The translations under genes and the position numbers were made by a program. The notes below the pieces were generated by a model. The model did not search any database. It was not told where the DNA came from and saw only the letters and a program-made list of their open reading frames with translations. From Eledone cirrhosa (Eukaryota), in the NCBI GenBank assembly GCA_964016885.1, contig OZ024740.1, forward strand, positions 327,608,001 to 327,672,000: a DNA stretch of 64,000 bases. The letters are read 5' to 3'. Below, piece after piece: positions 60,725-64,000 of this stretch (the stretch's first letter is position 1; each line of letters starts with the position of its first letter).

Positions 60725-63700
60725 ATTTGATCTAACTATAGATAATACTTACAATTCTGATACAAAAAGATAACAGCAGGCGTTCTCATTGCGTTTAGGT
60801 GGGGAAGTGTTACTTATCCATTGACAGAATTAAAATGAAAAATTTAGTACAGTTGAATAAGCGATATACTTATTCATCAAAGTCAATAGTCAATAGCGCT
60901 CGTTATATAATAATTACTACATTTAGCTTCACTCTGTAAATGACGAATATATACCAATAGGCTAAAAGTAGCGTGGGATATTTCTTACAAAATTTCTCGA
61001 GTAGCTTTATATTCATTTGACGAAGATTAAACGTTTATAATTGGAAGATTCGAGTCAATTTTCACATCATTTCAGACATTAATCACTACACCAATGAGAA
61101 TTGGAATTAAGTGTGCATTCAACGAATGTCATACCTGTCTTCTTAATGATCTAAGAGCTGGATTAAATTCAAGATAGTTATTGTAGGGTTTTACTTTTAT
61201 TATTTCTGTTTGTTTTACATTTGTTTTAAAGAATTGAATATTTGAAGGTTTTAACGATTTTTTAAAACAACTTCATTGTAATAACATGATTTTATCTCTG
61301 TTCAGACAGGTCTTGTTATTTTAGTTAGATTATACCATTCAAATATTTCTTCTTGAAATGCTTTGGTTGATACAACTCTCTGGATGCGTTTATCCCTCAC
61401 CACCTGACCACAACTAACAATAGTCGAATTTGTATTTTAGAATCACTTCGTAAATAGCATGAGATGGTTCTCAATGATTGAAATGATATGAAAGCACGCT
61501 AGAATTTGTAGCGATTTATTCTGAACTTGAACGCTTCAAGGTGAACTTTTGACTGGAGAATATGGGGAAGTTGAATAATTAAAAAGAGACAATCTTTTCC
61601 ATGAAGATTTACACATAACGCAGTATTTAAAAAGAAACTCGGTATGACACGAGATAGGTGGAACACAACCAGTGTGTTAATGAACATTTTCACTGTAGTA
61701 TCCGGTAAAAAAAAACATCGTGGAGAAGGGGTAATAAAAAAATGAAAATATCATAAAAATTATCATGATCTGAAGATGACCATCAATAACTATAACAACT
61801 GATAGTTTAGTGATTCGTTTGGGCTGAATGGGCTGTTTTCTAAAGTGTATGTTTAATGTGTTGAATAATCGTGTGATTTGGCCTTGACTCACAAGGTTTT
61901 TTTATATTGATTCCCAATATTGCTATTTTATTGAATACCATTCTTCTATTTTATCGATATAAAGGTCGTTTGTTGATTTCAATGACTTTCACTACAACAG
62001 AGGGAATATTGGAGATTATAAAAAAGTTAAAATGAAAACAAATTAAGCATAGAAAACTTTGATATCAAACTACTATTAATTAATAGCCAAAATGTTAGGG
62101 ATCTATAAACACAAAACTATTCTTCAAAATCTGATAAACACGACAGCGTTTTATGTGAAATTCAATCACATTGTTTAGAGTCGTCACTGAAGATATAATA
62201 AATGTTAAGCCACGGTGCCAAATAAATCCCCTTAAGTAACATTTATTTTGTTTATCAAATGCAATGCTTCGACAGTAAATTTACTTCTGTACTCATTGCA
62301 GAAATAATTAGAGTTATTCAGCAGAAAATCAAATTAACCACTTGACTGATCAGGCTAATCGTTTATAACTTGGGGATTTCCTGTTATGTATTATAATTGC
62401 TATAGATAAAATTAATACAATTATATATGTAGCCATTTCACCACACTGAATGTTCCAAAGCCTCTTACATTTACAAAATTTTAAATAGTTTCCTGTAGAA
62501 TCATTTCAGATTAAACACCGGTCATTTTATTGTTTGTATAATCGCAGTTAACTATTTGTCATGCACCACAAGATGCAATATGTAAATAGTGAGAATGCTG
62601 TATAATCTACGAAGGTTTCTAAAGCTTTCATTTTCGATTTCAAAAATTCCTGTATACTTGCACAAGGCCACAGGAAACAAATCAAATATATTATCTCCAA
62701 GAAGCCCGGAAATTGACCGGTGGAATTGACCGGTGGAATTCAACCAAGAGCCGCGTACTTGTGGAATGAACTTAACTAGGCGCCTACATATATATTTATT
62801 CATTACCTCCGTCGTATTGGTAGCTTTGTTATATTTGTGTGGGGAGTATATATCAACTATAATCTTCCTATACAAATATGCAATATTGTGTCAACGAAAG
62901 AAATTTATGTTAATAAATATGGTCGAAATTTTATAAACTTGTTTAATAATATACGTATATGTTTTTCATAAAGAATTTCTACGTTAACATTAATTTGTTA
63001 ATCTATGTGTAAATTCCAAATATTATTCATAAATAACATGTAGAAAGGAACTTAGAGGAGAGTGAACGGTGTGGATAATGGATTATATGATAATTATATT
63101 CTGAAAAATCGTGGTTCAACTTTCCTGAGGCTGTTTTGTTCAGGTTCTAAAGAAATGTGCCACGGTCTGTTCCACGCCATGAAACACCTATCCGCCAGCC
63201 TTGAACAAGCCTCTTATATTTTTACAAATCATTTAGAAAAAAAATGTATTAGCATTATTATTTTCGAGATGATTATAGTTCTATAACTGAGGAACCAACG
63301 AGGAAACCCATACGCAGTATCTCGATCTGCTAAAATTAACAGCCAAATCGCACTCAAATCATACTGTACCGTCTTAAAATATTAAGGAAACATTAGATAA
63401 TGTAGTCAACTGCACGGAAACAAAATATGGGATTACCATAGCTGAAATAACTATAACCATAGGCTTGCTCGATCAGAGATGACGGGTAACTAAACAACAT
63501 GGTATTCGGTTTTCTTTTTTCATTAGATTACAATCATTGTAACGGGTCCATAAATAGCGCCCTTTTACTGAACTACAAGCTATATCTATTGATATTTGCG
63601 TAGTACAGTGTAGCATATTTTTATAAACACTCTATGCACAAATATATGAAAACACTTTGATTTTTTATAGAATATTTAGGTGAACAGTAAAAAAGGATTC

Positions 63701-64000
63701 GCCGAATTCATTTCAATTCTGTATTGGCGTTTTATCAATGAGTGTGCACCCTTTTTTAACTCTTCACGGAGACGCTATTTATCAGCCTATTCTTAATAAT
63801 TCCTTAAGTATATTGTATTGGCCAAGTTACATATAAGGTGAATGTGTCTGACCTAATAGCTATGGTGTTTGCCCTCACAATCGTAATATTTGGGGTTCAA
63901 TCCCAGGACTGGGTAACATGTGTCCTTGAATATGACACTTCCTTTGCCTTTGACTGTACCCTATTCTACTCAGCTCAAAATACGCACCAACAGCAGCGGC

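Noticed and set aside
56840-64000. Host gene exons
   Set aside because: No ORF with recognisable motifs; small exons cannot be excluded without transcript data

Overview
Eukaryotic, very AT-rich, repeat-dominated DNA with no recognisable host exon. The SINE and microsatellite content suggests a cephalopod (Octopus-like) genome, which is inference only. Nearly all ORF-track entries are artefacts of (TA)n/(TACA)n arrays. The real coding content is retroelements. There are two near full-length Naiad-type Penelope-like elements (RT + C-terminal GIY-YIG, with pseudo-LTRs) and a third GIY-YIG fragment, four tandem Tx1/L1 copies separated by (GATA)n, two tandem R4/Dong-like RLE elements in (TACA)n, RTE and CR1-like fragments, and tRNA-derived SINEs. 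The most notable signal, read by eye, is about 15 type I hammerhead ribozyme motifs from about 10 sequence families. These include U3-A8 covariant cores, full-length monomeric forms with very long stem III, and a 593-bp non-coding, circularly permuted retrozyme-like unit. Each main retroelement class sits in its own microsatellite type. All RNA folds are manual and untested.
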